Shown here in pieces: positions 40,222 through 52,681 of a stretch of DNA of 64,000 nt; the first letter of the stretch is position 1; each line of letters starts with the position of its first letter. The translations under genes were made by a program, and so were the position numbers. The notes under the pieces are model-generated. The model saw only the letters and a list, made by a program, of their open reading frames with translations, made no database searches and was not told the origin of the DNA. The stretch lies in contig NC_043026.1 in the NCBI RefSeq assembly GCF_006345805.1, positions 5,766,001 through 5,830,000 of the forward strand. The letters run 5' to 3'. This DNA comes from Octopus sinensis (lineage: Eukaryota).

Positions 40222-41153
40222 TATGACGGGCTTCTTTCAGTTTCCGTCTACAAAATCCACTCACAAGGCTTTGGTCGCCCCGAGGCTATAGTAGAAGACA
40301 CTTGCCCAAGGTGCCACGCAGTGGGACTGAACCCGGAACCATGTGGTTGGTAAACAAGCTACTTACCACACAGCCACTCCTGCGCCTATATATAATTTTT
40401 GGATTTGGTTTGCAGGATTCTTTATGTGAGTTCGTATGTTGAAGCATTTTCTGTTGTGTCTGGGGAGAGCTCCTGCCTTCTCAAAAGGGCAGCCTACAAC
40501 CAAGCTTGCATCCACACTTCACTCATCCATTTTATTTCCAGCATGGTTAAAAGGTTGTTTCACACCAGCTCTAACCTGGTTGTGGAGGCATGTGGTTAAG
40601 TGGTTAGGGTGTTGGATTCACGACTGTATGATCATGGTTTTGATCCCTGGACCGGGCGGCCCTCCGTTGTGTTCTCGTGCAAAAGACTTCATTTCACATT
40701 GCTCCAGTCCCCTCAGCTGGCAAAAATGAGTTTAGCCTGAAGCGGGACGGACTCCACCTGGCTTTCTCACCCTAGATATACTACATGGCTGCAGTGCCCC
40801 AATGACCCCCAAGAGGTCAAGGCACTTGCCATTTGTTTACCCTGATCCATCAGAGATGAGATCAAAGGTGCATCGGCCCTGACCATTCCAGCTTGTATTT
40901 GAACACACTGAAACTGCATAGTCCCAGTTAGCAATCCTTGTTCTTGTTTAGTCCCTGGTCAGCTCTGGTCTGGTAGACACACGGTCAAAGTTTTTGCTAC
41001 TGTGACCATTCTTTTAGTCTTTTGACTGCGGCCATGCCGGAGCACTGCCTTGAAGGATTTTAGTTGAACAAATCAAACCCAGTACTTTTTTCTTTTTAAA
41101 GCCTAGTACTTATTCTGTCAGTTTCTTTTGCCAAACTGCTAAGTTACAGGAGC

Positions 41154-41312
41154 GTGGACATCCATTATGCTAGAGGTAGGTCCTATATGGTCTGACCACT
41201 AAGAAAAGATCGTTCTCTAGAAAATTCAGCAAAATTTGAATTTTCTTGCGAACAATCTTTTCTTAGTGGTCAGACCATATGGGGGTCTATCTCTAGCATA
41301 ATGGATGTCCAC
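41154..41312. repeat. 159-bp near-perfect foldback (palindromic MITE-like element)
   Basis: gtggacatccattatgctagag...atatggtctgaccactaagaaaagat / atcttttcttagtggtcagaccatat...ctctagcataatggatgtccac. Confidence 0.85.
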
Positions 41313-41599
41313 TTAGTGGTCTTCCCTCTTCTCCTCCGCAACTCATCTTCCTAGCACCCCAACCCTTTACTCACTGAATTCCCCCCTCTTAGCTCCACCG
41401 TTTTTGTACTCGCAAACCTACCTGTCCACTCACCCTATCCAGTCCTCTGCATCACTTATATACATCCTCCCTGTAACTTGGGGTCATGTCCCAACTTATC
41501 TTCACCACTTTCTCTCTCTCCTCTCTCCCTTCCCCTTCTCTCTCTTCCCAACTGGAATACCCAGCGTATCTCCCCTACTGCAAACCATCCTTAAATCAT

Positions 41600-41990
41600 A
41601 CACTCATCATCATTATTCGACCGTGGTCGAGACAATGGAATTTACCATGCTACGCCAGACTTCACGGTCCATCATAGCATTACGGAGGTCCTGTTGCTGG
41701 ATGCCTGTATCCCTGGAGATTACATCAGGGTAGGAGAGTGTGCGCCCTCTGGTATTGCGAGTAGATGGCTTCCAGAGGAGAGGAGCAGAAATTGCCTTGT
41801 TTTCAGCTCGATAACAATGTCCAGCAAACTGGACTCTCCTACCTTTCACAAGAGATGACACAGGTGGTAGTTTCCCATATATTTGCATTTTGGTTGGATG
41901 GCGCTTCCACGAGAGATTTTGAGCTCTCATAAGGAGGCGAGTGTAGGTTCCATCCAACCGCCTCTCAAGCTTCTTTGATAACATCCAACC
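41600..41990 (-). mobile_element. RTE-clade LINE 3' end (third family)
   Basis: ORF 41613..41984: RLDGTYTRLLMRAQNLSWK...RRVQFAGHCYR...RNAMMDREVWR; (GAT)n-like tail. Confidence 0.85.
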
Positions 41991-42840
41991 ACAAACCCAC
42001 CTCCTTCAATAGCACCCCTCCTTCCACTCAGTTGAATGCTATATAAAAATCACCCAGCTACCACTCTATAAAGTGGTTGGCATTAGGAAGGGCATCCAGC
42101 CATAGAAACCATACCAAAGCAGATAGGGAGCTTGGTACGGTCCTCTAGCTTGCCAGCTCCTGTCATACCATCCAACCCATGCCAGCATGGAAATGGACCT
42201 TAACCCCTTAATGGATCAATTGTTTTGACATGGCGTTTCATTTCAGAGTATATTTTTTTTATTTCCTTTTTTAATTATATACACTGTGTTAATTACAAAA
42301 AAAAGTTTTTTATCTTGTTTCCTTTATTTACTCATTTGGATTTGGTGGCACGTAAAAAACACCCACTACACTCGCGGAGTGGTTGGCGTTAGGAAGGGCA
42401 TCCAGCCGTAGAAACACTGCCAAATCTGACTGGGCCTGATGAAGCCTTCCGGCTTCACAGACCCCAGTTAAACCGTCCAACCCATGCTAGCATGGAAAAC
42501 GGACGCTAAATGATGATGATGATGATTTAACCCTTTAGTGTTTAAACCGGCCATACCCGGCCAAAATATTCTACCTATTTTATGTTCAAACTAGTCAGAT
42601 ATGGTCATTCATAGCTACCTTATTGTGTCATTTTTAAAAATAAACAATCACATCATTAAAATCTCAAAGCCATGAAATGATGCAGGATTAATTCTACATG
42701 GTTTGAATACATAAGCTTTACATTTGACAGAATAATCTGAATGCTAAAGGGTTTAATGAGTTAACTTGGACATTGAAAAAATACATATAACTTAACTATC
42801 TTTGATTTTTTTTTATAAGATGTATTGCTTTTAAATCAGT

Positions 42841-43060
42841 TTATTTAGAATGATAATCTTTTAAACAAGGAGTTATCTTGCAGACATCACACATCTTCTT
42901 TCTTTTAGCGTCTCTCTTCTCCACGCATTTTGCACCCTGTCTTGTAGGGTTCTTTTTCTTATCACTGGCTGGTATTTCCATGGGAATGTGACCAGCTGGG
43001 GCAAATCTTGTTTGATGTGGGATCGATGATGGTCTTCCTGGTTTCGTGGGAGGCAATAAG
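42841..43060 (-). pseudogene. piggyBac transposase C-terminal cysteine-rich domain relic
   Basis: GHIPMEIPASDKKKNPTRQGAKCVEKRDAKRKKMCDVCKITPCLKDYH resembles H.P..IP....K..PTRRC..C...C..C....C...YH; some cysteines lost. Confidence 0.7.
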
Positions 43061-45097
43061 GGCCTATATCATCATCATCATCATCATTTAGCGTCCGCTT
43101 TCCATGCTAGCATGGGTTGGACGGTTCAACTGGGGTCTGGGAAGCCAGAAGGCTGCATCAGGCCCAGTCTGATCTGGCAGTGTTTCTACGGCTGGATGCC
43201 CTTCCTAACGCCAACCACTCCGTGAGTGTAGTGGGTGCCTTTTACGTGCCACCCGCACAGGTGCCAGACGGAGCTGGCAAACGGCCACGGACGGATGGTG
43301 CGTGGCCGTTGCCAGCCTCGCCTGGCCCCTGTGCTGGTGGCACGTAAAAGCACCATCCGTTCGTGGCCGTTGAACCGTCCAACCTACATTTTTCAATAAT
43401 CTTGGTGATTATTTGCATTCTAAACTTCTAAGCGGTTTCATAGCAGAAGCTGAAGTTTCCAAAGATGCTTTATACAAAACATAAGCATTCAAGATAGCCA
43501 AATCCATCAAATGAAAAAATACTTTTTTATAATAGCTTTTCTCCACGTAAATTTTTTCCACAAGTAAATTCGTGATTGCTCAAAAATGAAACGACACAAA
43601 ACAAATAAACTCGTTTGAGAGCTAAAATTAAAAGTTAATTTTGACCGAGTATACTTGTCTGGTTCTAAAAAGATACTTTTGCGATGCATGAGTAAACACT
43701 GGATAATCCATTAAGGTGTTAAACAACAACGATGATGATGATGAGGATTATGACAGAGTTGCAATAAGCAGCGCCATGCTAGTTTGTGTTCATCATCATC
43801 GTTTAACGTCCGCTTTCCATGCTAGCATGGGTTGGACGATTTTGACTGAGGGCTGGCGAACCAGGAGGCTGCACCAGGCTCCAGTCTTGATTTGGCAGAG
43901 TTTCTACAGCTGGATGCCCTTCCTAATGCCAACCACTCCATGAGTGTAGTGGGTGCTTTTTACGTGCTACTGGCATGGGGGCCAGTCAGGCGGTACTAGC
44001 AACGACTAGATACGGCGGCGAGCTGGCAGAAACATTAGCACGCCAGGCGAAATGCTTAGCGGTATTTCGTCTGCATTACATTGTGAGTTCAAATTCCACC
44101 GAAGTCGACTTTGCCTTTCATCCTTTCGGGGTCGATTAAATAAGTACCAGTTACGCACTGGAGTCGATGTAATCGACTTAATCCGTTTGTCTGTCCTTGT
44201 TTGTCCTCTCTGTGTTCAGCCCCTTGTGGGTAGTAAAGAAATAGGTACTCACAACGACCTTGTTCGAATCTTTTTACACATGCCACCAGCACAGGTGCCA
44301 GTAAGGCGACTTTGGTAACGATCACGCTCGAATGGTGCCTTTTATGTGCCACTGGCACGAAAACAGTTGGCTGCTCTGGCAATGATCACGTATATATATG
44401 TTTGTATATGTATGTATTGCTCTTACATGTTCATAAAAAGTACCCAGCTACACCCTGTAACGTGGTTGGTGTTAAGAAGGACATCCTTCTGGTACAGTCC
44501 TCAGGCTTGCCAGCTGCTGTGAGGCCAACCCATCCATGCCAGCGTGGAAGGCGAACATTAAATGGTGATAATGATAAGTAGTGTAGGCGTAGGAGTGGCT
44601 GTGTGGTAAGTAGCTTGCTTACGAACCACATGGTTCCGGGTTCAGTCCCACTGCATGGCACCTTGGGCAAGTGTCTTCTACTATAGCATCAGGCCGACTA
44701 AGGCCTTGTGAGTGGATTTGGTAGACGGAAACTGAAAGAAGCCCGTCATATATATGTATATATATGTGTATATATATATATATGTGTGTGTGTGTGTATA
44801 TGTTTGTGTGTTTGTTCTCCCAACATCGCTTGACAACCGATGCTGGTGTATTTACGTCCCCGTAACTTAGCGGTTCGGCAAAAAGAGACTGATAGAATAA
44901 GTACTGGGCTTACAAAGAATAAGTCCTGGGGTCGATTTGCTCGACTAAAGGCGGTGCTCCAGCATGGCCGCAGTCAAATGACTGAAACAAGTACAAGAGT
45001 AAAGAGTGTTGCAATAAGCATCATGCTAGTTTGTGTTTGTTTATGTGTGTGTGTGTGTGTGTGTTGCTCTTACATGTTCATCATCTTTCCTTATTGA

Positions 45098-45271
<174 letters not shown>

Positions 45272-46008
45272 TAATGGGAGTAAGGGGTGAGATGGTGCAT
45301 GTATACACTTTTTTGGAGGACAGCAAGCTGGCAGAATCGTTAGCACGCCGGGCGAAATGCGTAGCCGTATTTCGTCCGCTGTTATGTTCCGAGTTCAAAT
45401 TCCGCCAAGGTCGACTTTGCCTTTCATCCTTTCGGGGTCAATTAAATATGTACCAGTTACGCACTGGGGTTGATATAATCGACTTGATCCATTTGTCTGT
45501 CCTTGTTTGTCCCCTCTGTGTTTAGCCCCTTGTGGGTAGTAAAGAAATAGGTATTTCTTCTGCCGCTACGTTCTGAGTTCAAATTCCGCCGAGGTCAGCT
45601 TTACCTTTCATCCTTTCGAGGTCGATTAAATAAGTACCAGTTATGCACTGGGGTCGATATAATCGACTTAATCCATTTGTCTGTCCTTGTTTGTCCTCTC
45701 TGTGTTTAGCCCCTTGTGGGTAGTAAAGAAATAAGTGTTTGTATACAATTTTCTGTATAATGGGGGTAGGGTGGGATGGTATATGTATACAATTGTCTAT
45801 ATAATGGGGTGTGTATATACATACGCACACATGCACATATACACACACCTACATGCATGCATACACACACATGTACACACACACACACATGCACATACAC
45901 ATCCCTTTAAGCACGTACCTCACCTCATTGCTTCACCTCTGCAGATACTAACTGATCCTTCAAACTTGTTAGCGTGTTTCGTGTAAGGCCTCTCTACTAA
46001 ATCCTAGA

Positions 46009-46489
46009 TTAACCCTTTCGTTGCCAACCCGGCTGAAACCGGCTCTGGCTTTGAGGTACAAATGTCTTGTTTTCATAAGTTTTGAATTCAAATCTTCCAC
46101 CAAACCTTAGTCACAATTTATGTTCCTAACACTAGCTGAATGATAATTAAGTTATTTTACTAAATTCTTTGTTATATTTAAGATTAATTGAAAGAAACAC
46201 AGAGCATCTCAACAGAAATATGGTAACAAAAGGGTTGAAATAGATAATAGAGAAACAATTCTTAACCCTTTTTGGTACCAACCTGGTTAAAACCACCTCT
46301 GGCTCTGTAGTACAAACGTCGTTTTCATAAGTTTTGAATTATAATCTTCCACCAGACCTTAGTCACAATTTATGTTGCTAACACTAGCTTAATGATAACT
46401 AAGTTATTTTTCTGAATTCTTTGTTATATTTAAAGTAATTGAAAGAAATACAGAGCATCTCAAAATAAATACAGTAACGAAAGGGTTAA
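46009..46489. mobile_element. TTAA MITE dimer, copy 3
   Basis: Outer TTAA at 46009 and 46486; inner TTGA-aatagataatagagaaacaattc-TTAA. Confidence 0.8.
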
Positions 46490-46885
46490 GTGTTTAAATG
46501 CCTCAAATAATATTTCTGGAAAAACATCTTTCAAAAATGATGTCTATTTGAGATATATGTATATATACAAGGGTAAGCCAAAGCTTGTACTCACTCTGGT
46601 TAGGGTGCTGCACTCAAGGGTTCGATTCTCAGGAGCAGTAGCATGCTGGGCCCTTGAGAAAACCCCTTTTCATGTTGCACCAGGCCACTTGGCTGTAAAT
46701 AGGTGACTCTCTCATGGAATAGTTTCGGATCAAAGCGAGCCGAGTGCTAGTCTGCTTGCTTAGCCAGCTATGAGGTGGTTTCAAAAAGTTCCCAACAGAT
46801 GGCAGCACATGGTTGCGTGCCCAGTGAGAGCTAGCATTGACCTTCATGAGGTAGTGTGCCGAGTGACCTCGCTGTGATTTTTATC

Positions 46886-47259
46886 ATGGACAGGAACAAA
46901 GAACCAGCATGAAATTTTTGCATTAGACTTGAGAAGCCTGCTACAGAGACATTGAGCATGTTTTGAGTCACTTCACTCATGGGTTTCTTGCCAAAAACAA
47001 CGTGGCATCACTCCACACCTGCCTTATGGAAGTCTGCAGATTTAGCACCTGCAGACTTCCGTCTCTTTCCCCAAGATGAAAATGCCGCTCAGAGGTCACT
47101 GTCTTAGCACTTGACGAAAATCAGAGCAGATCAGAGAAGGTCCCCAATTCCCTTACAAAAAAAACGACTTTTGGATTGAATCCCAAAGGTGGCAGAAATA
47201 CTGGGACCGATGTGTTGTTGCACATGGTGACTATTTCGAAGGAGATGATGTTAAAACTT
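46886..47259 (+). pseudogene. Internally deleted mariner transposase relic
   Basis: N-terminal MDRNKE..MKF.IRLEKPATETLSM joined to C-terminal FLAKNNV...DLAPADFRLFP.MKMPLRG ... WQKYWDRCVVAHGDYFEGDDV. Confidence 0.8.
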
Positions 47260-48401
47260 CATCATCATCATCATTTAACGTCCATTTTTCTGTGCTGGCA
47301 TGGGTTGGATGGTTCGACCGGGGGTCCGGGAAGCCAGGAGGCTGCACCAGGCTCCAGTCTGATCTGGCAGTGTTTCTACAGCTGGATGCCCTTCCTAACG
47401 CCGACAACTCCGTGAGTGTAGTGGGTGCTTTTTATGTGCCACCAGCACGGAAGCCAGTCAAGGCGGCGCTGGCATCGGCTACATTCGGATGGTGCTTTTT
47501 ACATGTCACCGGCATGGGTATCACAACTACAATTGCCATTTGATTTTTATTTTGATGTTGATGTACTTGACTCAATAGGTCTCCTCAAGCACAGCAGGTT
47601 GCCCTAAGATCCAAGGTAAGCGCAGCAGGCCGTCCTGCGAGCCAAGGTACTTTTGATGGGCTGGGGCCTCTATGTGAAGCTGGTGCAGGAAACAGCAATG
47701 AACTCATGTTATTTGTCGGGTCTTTGCAGTCACAGCATATCTCCAGAGATCTCGGTCTTTCGTCATTGCCTCTGTGAGGCCCAACTTAAGTAAATAGATA
47801 ATTTTTTATTAAACATGACTAGTCCGATCGTGGCCGTTTGCCAGCCTCGTCTGACACCTGTGCCGGTGGCACGTAAAAAGCACCCACTACACTCATGGAT
47901 TGGCTGGCGTTAGGAAGGGCATCCAGCCGTAGAAACATTGCCAGATCAGACTGGGCCTGGTGCAGCCTTCTGGCTTCCCAGACCCCAGTTGCACCGTCCA
48001 ACCCATGATAGCATGGAAAGCGGACGCTAAATGATGATAATGATGAGTCCGGGAACTACCACCTCGTAGGCAGCATCATTTGAAAGCTAAAAAATAATGC
48101 AAAGCACATTGTGACTAGCAACGTATTACAACATCCGAAAAGTCTGGTTGATCTCATGATAAGTGTATACGTGTGTGTCTGTCTGTGTGTCCATCCTTGT
48201 TAATGCAGAAGAAATGAGATAGTGCTTGGTACATAATTATAACAACAGTGGAAGAACTGGTTTTTCAACAGGTGCATTGAATGGCTGTGGAGTTACAAAG
48301 CTCACCTGGTAACCCCGTTTTTCCACTGTGTGTTCCCCTATAGCCTCAAGCCGACCAAAGCCTTGAGAGTGGATTTGATAGACGGAAACTGAAAGAAGCT
48401 T

Positions 48402-49035
48402 GGGGGTCTTTTCCTTTTGAACGGCAGACAATTTCCCAGTTAACTAAACACTTTAAAACTTCGTATACTGGTAGAATGTGTCAAAATAAAACAATTTTTT
48501 CTCTTGGCTTTCTTGAGAAAATTGTAATTTGTTTGTTTAACGTAGTTTAATTTTTCAAATTTTAACCAATCCTATGCTCTCTTTTGAGCTAAAATCATTT
48601 GCTGCGTCTAAAACTGAGACAACATCCTGTAACTAACCCTCAACCTAACCCTAACCCTAAATTTTTTTTTCTTAATTGTTAAATTAATTTAATTGTTACG
48701 TGTGTAAAAAAAACTAAAGCAATGGAATTAAATTAATTTAACAATTAAGAAAAAAAAATTTAGGGTTAGGGGGGAGGTTTAGGGTTAGTTACAGGATGTC
48801 GTCTCGGTTTTAGATGCAGCAAATGATTTTAGTTGAATGGAGGTAATCGATTGGTTAAAATTGCCGAAATGCTCGGATTTTCAGACGAAATATCTTACAA
48901 ACTATAGAATTTTCTCAATAAAGCCAAGAGAAAATGATGTTTTATTTTGACACATTCTACCAGTATACGAAGTTTAAAAGTGTTTAGTTAACTAGAAATT
49001 GTGTTGACATCTGCCGTTCAAAAGGAAAAGATCCG
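48402..49035. mobile_element. Foldback DNA element with long TIRs and CCCTAA/TTAGGG motifs, inserted in a family A SINE
   Basis: Outer arms tcttttccttttgaacggcag.../...ctgccgttcaaaaggaaaaga; inner arms 48591-48692 and 48727-48830; AAGCTT on both flanks (48396-48401, 49036-49041). Confidence 0.8.
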
Positions 49036-50525
49036 AAGCTTGTTGTGCATGTGTGTGTGTGTGTGTGTGTGTTATCCCCCCACAACTGCTTGACAACCAA
49101 TGCTGGTTTGTTTGCATCCCCTTGAGTGGTTTTGCAAAATACACCAATAGAATAAGCACCAGGCTTGAAACGAAAACAGATTCAGGGGTTCGTTAGTGCA
49201 ATTGATATTCCTCAAGGCGTTGCTCCAGCATGGCTGCAGTCTAACGACCGAAACAATTAAGAGATTAACAGATATGCGTATATCCTTTGCATATGCTATC
49301 GGTGAAACAAGGGCCGAGAGTTTCGTGCGAATGCACTCATGGAAGCTGTGATTTAAATTATAAACATCGCTTATAATAAAAGCAAAAATTTCAATTATTC
49401 TAGAAAAAAAATATCTTGGAAAGCCTCCTGGGTATGTCATGTGCTAACAGAAAAGAAATTTAATTCATTTGAATGAAGGTCAACACACGTACACACGCAC
49501 ATACAGACACACACATATATTGTTACAAACATCCATACATACTCTTTTACTTGTTTCAGTCATTTGACTGCGGCCATGCTGGAGCACCGCCTTTAATCGA
49601 GCAACTCGACCCCGGGACTTATTCTTTTGTAAGCCCAGTACTTATTCTATCGGTCCCTTTTTGCGAAACCGCTAAGTAACGGGGATATAAACACACCAGG
49701 CAAGGCAAGGCAAGGCTGGCAACGCCCACGCACCATCCGTTCGTGGCCATTGCCAGCCTCGCCTCACCCCCGTGCCGGTGGCACGTAAAAAGCACCATCC
49801 GTCCATGACCGTTTGCCAGCTCCGTCTGGCACCTGTGCGGGTGGCACGTAAAAAGCACTCACGGAGTGGTTGGTGTTAGGAAGGGCATCCAGCCGTAGAA
49901 ACATTGCCAGATCAGACTGGGCCTGGTGCAGCCTTCTGGCTTCCCAGACCCCAGTTGAACCGTCCAACCCATGCTAGCATGGAAAGCAGACGCGAAACAA
50001 TGATGATGATGATTTTCTTACTGTGACTTCATTGTCTGCCTCCACAAATGCCTAAAAAATATTGTAAATATTGTAATTTATTGAATTCAGAAAACTTTTC
50101 ACATACATGGGAATTACGGTATACCCCCATCCCTCCTTGTGGAAGCAGAAGATGAAGTCACAGAAAAAAAAAAACATGTTTAGGTTGTATTTTGGAATAG
50201 TTTCATCACAGTCATTTAACCCTTTAGTATTTAAACCGGCCGTATCCAGCCAAAATAGCTAATCTGTTTTATGTTCAAACTGACCAGATCCAGGCTCTCA
50301 CACCTACCCTACAATGTTATTCTACATTAAGTAATTACACCATCAAGATCTTGAAGATATGAGATAATGCATGATTAATTCAAATCAATGGGAATTAATA
50401 GGCATTATGTTTGATAGAATAATCTGAACGCTAAAGGGTTAAAAGCTACCCCCAAGACAGGAGCAATGGAAACTATTTTTTTTTTTTTCTTCCATTTTTT
50501 GATGCATTTGTGGAGACAAAAGATA

Positions 50526-51076
50526 TTAATAATAATAATGAAATTATTGTATACAGTGCTCAGGTGCACCACAACTTGTCAAAAGTGCGTATAAAGCATA
50601 TGCAGTAATGTACAAATGTCTGGAAAGCGAACAGTGTATGAGTCAGATACATGCTTGCGTGTGTATGGAGGGGAGAAAATCAGGTGTTGTGTTGGTGAAT
50701 CTCAGAAAGCATGGAAGTTTTGAAGGATGCAGTGCTCCGACAACTAACAACTGATGCTGACAGTTTGTTCCATGCTTCAGCAACTCTCAGCGTGAAAAAA
50801 TGTTTCCTAAAGTCATGGGAGCTGTGCTGTTTTCTGACTTTGTAAACATGTCCTCGGGTGTTAGACGGGTGGAGTTTGAAAAGGTGCTCAGAGTTATTGT
50901 TGGTAAGATGGTTGATAATTTTATGGGTGTCTGCATATGCAGTAATGTACAAATGTCTGGGAAGTGAACAGTGTATGAGTCAGATACATGCTTGCGTGTG
51001 TATGGAGGGGAGAAAATCAGGTGTTGTGTTGGCGAATCTCAGAAAGCATGGAAGTTTTGAAGGATGCAGTGCTCCG
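50526..51076 (-). mobile_element. CR1 family 1 3' end, tandemly reiterated
   Basis: ORF 50680..50952 HKIINHLTNNNSEHLFKLHPSNTRGHVYKVRKQHSSHDFRKHFFTLRVAEAWNKL. Confidence 0.85.
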
Positions 51077-51419
51077 TCGCAGAGTTCTAAGAATTTTACA
51101 CCAGTTATTTTGATGTCCTCTTACAACTCTCTCTCGCTACTCCCACCACGAAATCGAAAATCACGAAGAGAAATGCACCACCCTAATACGAATGCACTGA
51201 TGCAGGCCATTCGAAAGCACCCCAGGTTTTCTGAAATAACCATACCAGTCTTCTCGTTTGCCTCAAAAGTTTGCAGCCCATCTGTGCACCACATGTGGCA
51301 AGCACGTGCACTGCAACATGGTGATTGAAGATAGTTGCTCTTCTTTTGCAGGATGTATTTCTAGTGTAGAAACATGTGGAGCCGTAGAAATGTTCTGTAG
51401 ATGAACTGGAGTCCTTATA

Positions 51420-51780
51420 AGTGTGTGTGTGTGGTAGAGAAGGAGCGTGAGTGTGTGTGAGAATATGTGTGTGCGAGAAAAAGAATGTGTGATGTGATAG
51501 TGTGTTGTGTGTGTGTGTGTGTGTGGTAGAGAAGGAGCGTGAGTGTGTGTGAGAATATGTGTGTGCGAGAAAAAGAATGTGTGATAGTGTGTGTGTGTGT
51601 GTGTGTGTGTGGTAGAGAAGGAGCGTGAGTGTGTGTGAGAATATGTGTGTGCGAGAAAAAGAATGTGTGATAGTGTGTGTGTGTGTGTGTGTGTTGTGTG
51701 GTAGAGAAGGAGCGTGAGTGTGTGTGAGAATATGTGTGTGCGAGAAAAAGAATGTGTGATAGTGTGTGTGTGTGTGTTTG
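51420..51780. repeat. Four ~90-bp tandem units bounded by (GT)n
   Basis: ggtagagaaggagcgtgagtgtgtgtgagaatatgtgtgtgcgagaaaaagaatgtgtgat occurs four times. Confidence 0.9.
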
Positions 51781-52010
51781 CATGCATATTCTCTCTTTTA
51801 CTTGTTTCAGTCATTTGACTGCGGCCATGCTGGAGCACCACCTGTAGTCGAGCAGATCGACCCCCGGGGACTTATTCTTTTGTAAGCCCAGTACTTATTT
51901 ATCGGTCTCTTTTGCCGAACCGCTAAGTGATAGGGACGTAAAAACACCAGCATCGGTTGTCAAGCAATGCTAGGGGGACAACACAGACACACAAACATAT
52001 ACACACACAT

Positions 52011-52052
<42 letters not shown>

Positions 52053-52085
52053 ATATATATATATATATATATATAATATATATAT

Positions 52086-52481
52086 AACATTATTGGTGAA
52101 TTGAAGAAATGGAGCTGAACGCAGATTGAACAGAAATCGTTTTATTTCATTCTACACGTGTTTCGAAAGGCACAAATTACCAAAATCCGATTGAATAATG
52201 GGACCATATTGTGTCTTTCTCTTCAGGAAGAAAAAGGAAATCCGTTGGAAAAACGCCATGGGCTCTTAGGAGCGTAGTTCGATTTGTTTTTGCTCCGCCT
52301 CTGTTCTGTTTTTGTTTTTCCAACGGATTTCCTTTTTTCTTCCTGAGAGAAGACACAATATGGTCCCATTATTCAATCGGATTTTGGTAATTTGTGCCTT
52401 TCGAAACACGTGTAGAATGAAATAAAACGATTTCTGTTCAATCTGCGTTCAGCTCCATTTCTTCAATTCACCAATAATGTT
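52086..52481. mobile_element. Inverted pair of Penelope-like terminal segments (~168-bp arms, 59-bp loop)
   Basis: 52086-52254 is the near-exact reverse complement of 52314-52481; each arm carries a hammerhead-type motif. Confidence 0.8.
52145..52235 (-). ncRNA. Minimal type-I hammerhead ribozyme with intact core
   Basis: UUUUUCUUC-CUGAAGA-GAAAGACACAA(loop)UUGUGCCUUUC-GAA-ACACGUGU-A-GAAUGAAA. All conserved core positions present, G10.1-C11.1 pair, palindromic stem III, GUA triplet. Confidence 0.7.
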
Positions 52482-52650
52482 TTAATTTCAATTATCCGCA
52501 CCAACGCACGGTTGCAACGCCAGATGGTTGTACCTCTCCAACCGTGCTGTTTACTGCTGTGATTTTGCTACTAAGGTATCGGTTAAACTTTTGATTAATC
52601 TACTACAAGATTATTCATCTTTCTATTTCACATAATTATATATATATATT

Positions 52651-52681
<31 letters not shown>

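Noticed and set aside
42376-42405. CTGATGA-AGCC-TTCC-GGCT motif
   Set aside because: A point variant of the family C sequence, not followed by GAAA.
48630-48790. Interstitial telomere or chromosome fusion site
   Set aside because: Only two or three hexamers per arm, located inside a transposon foldback.
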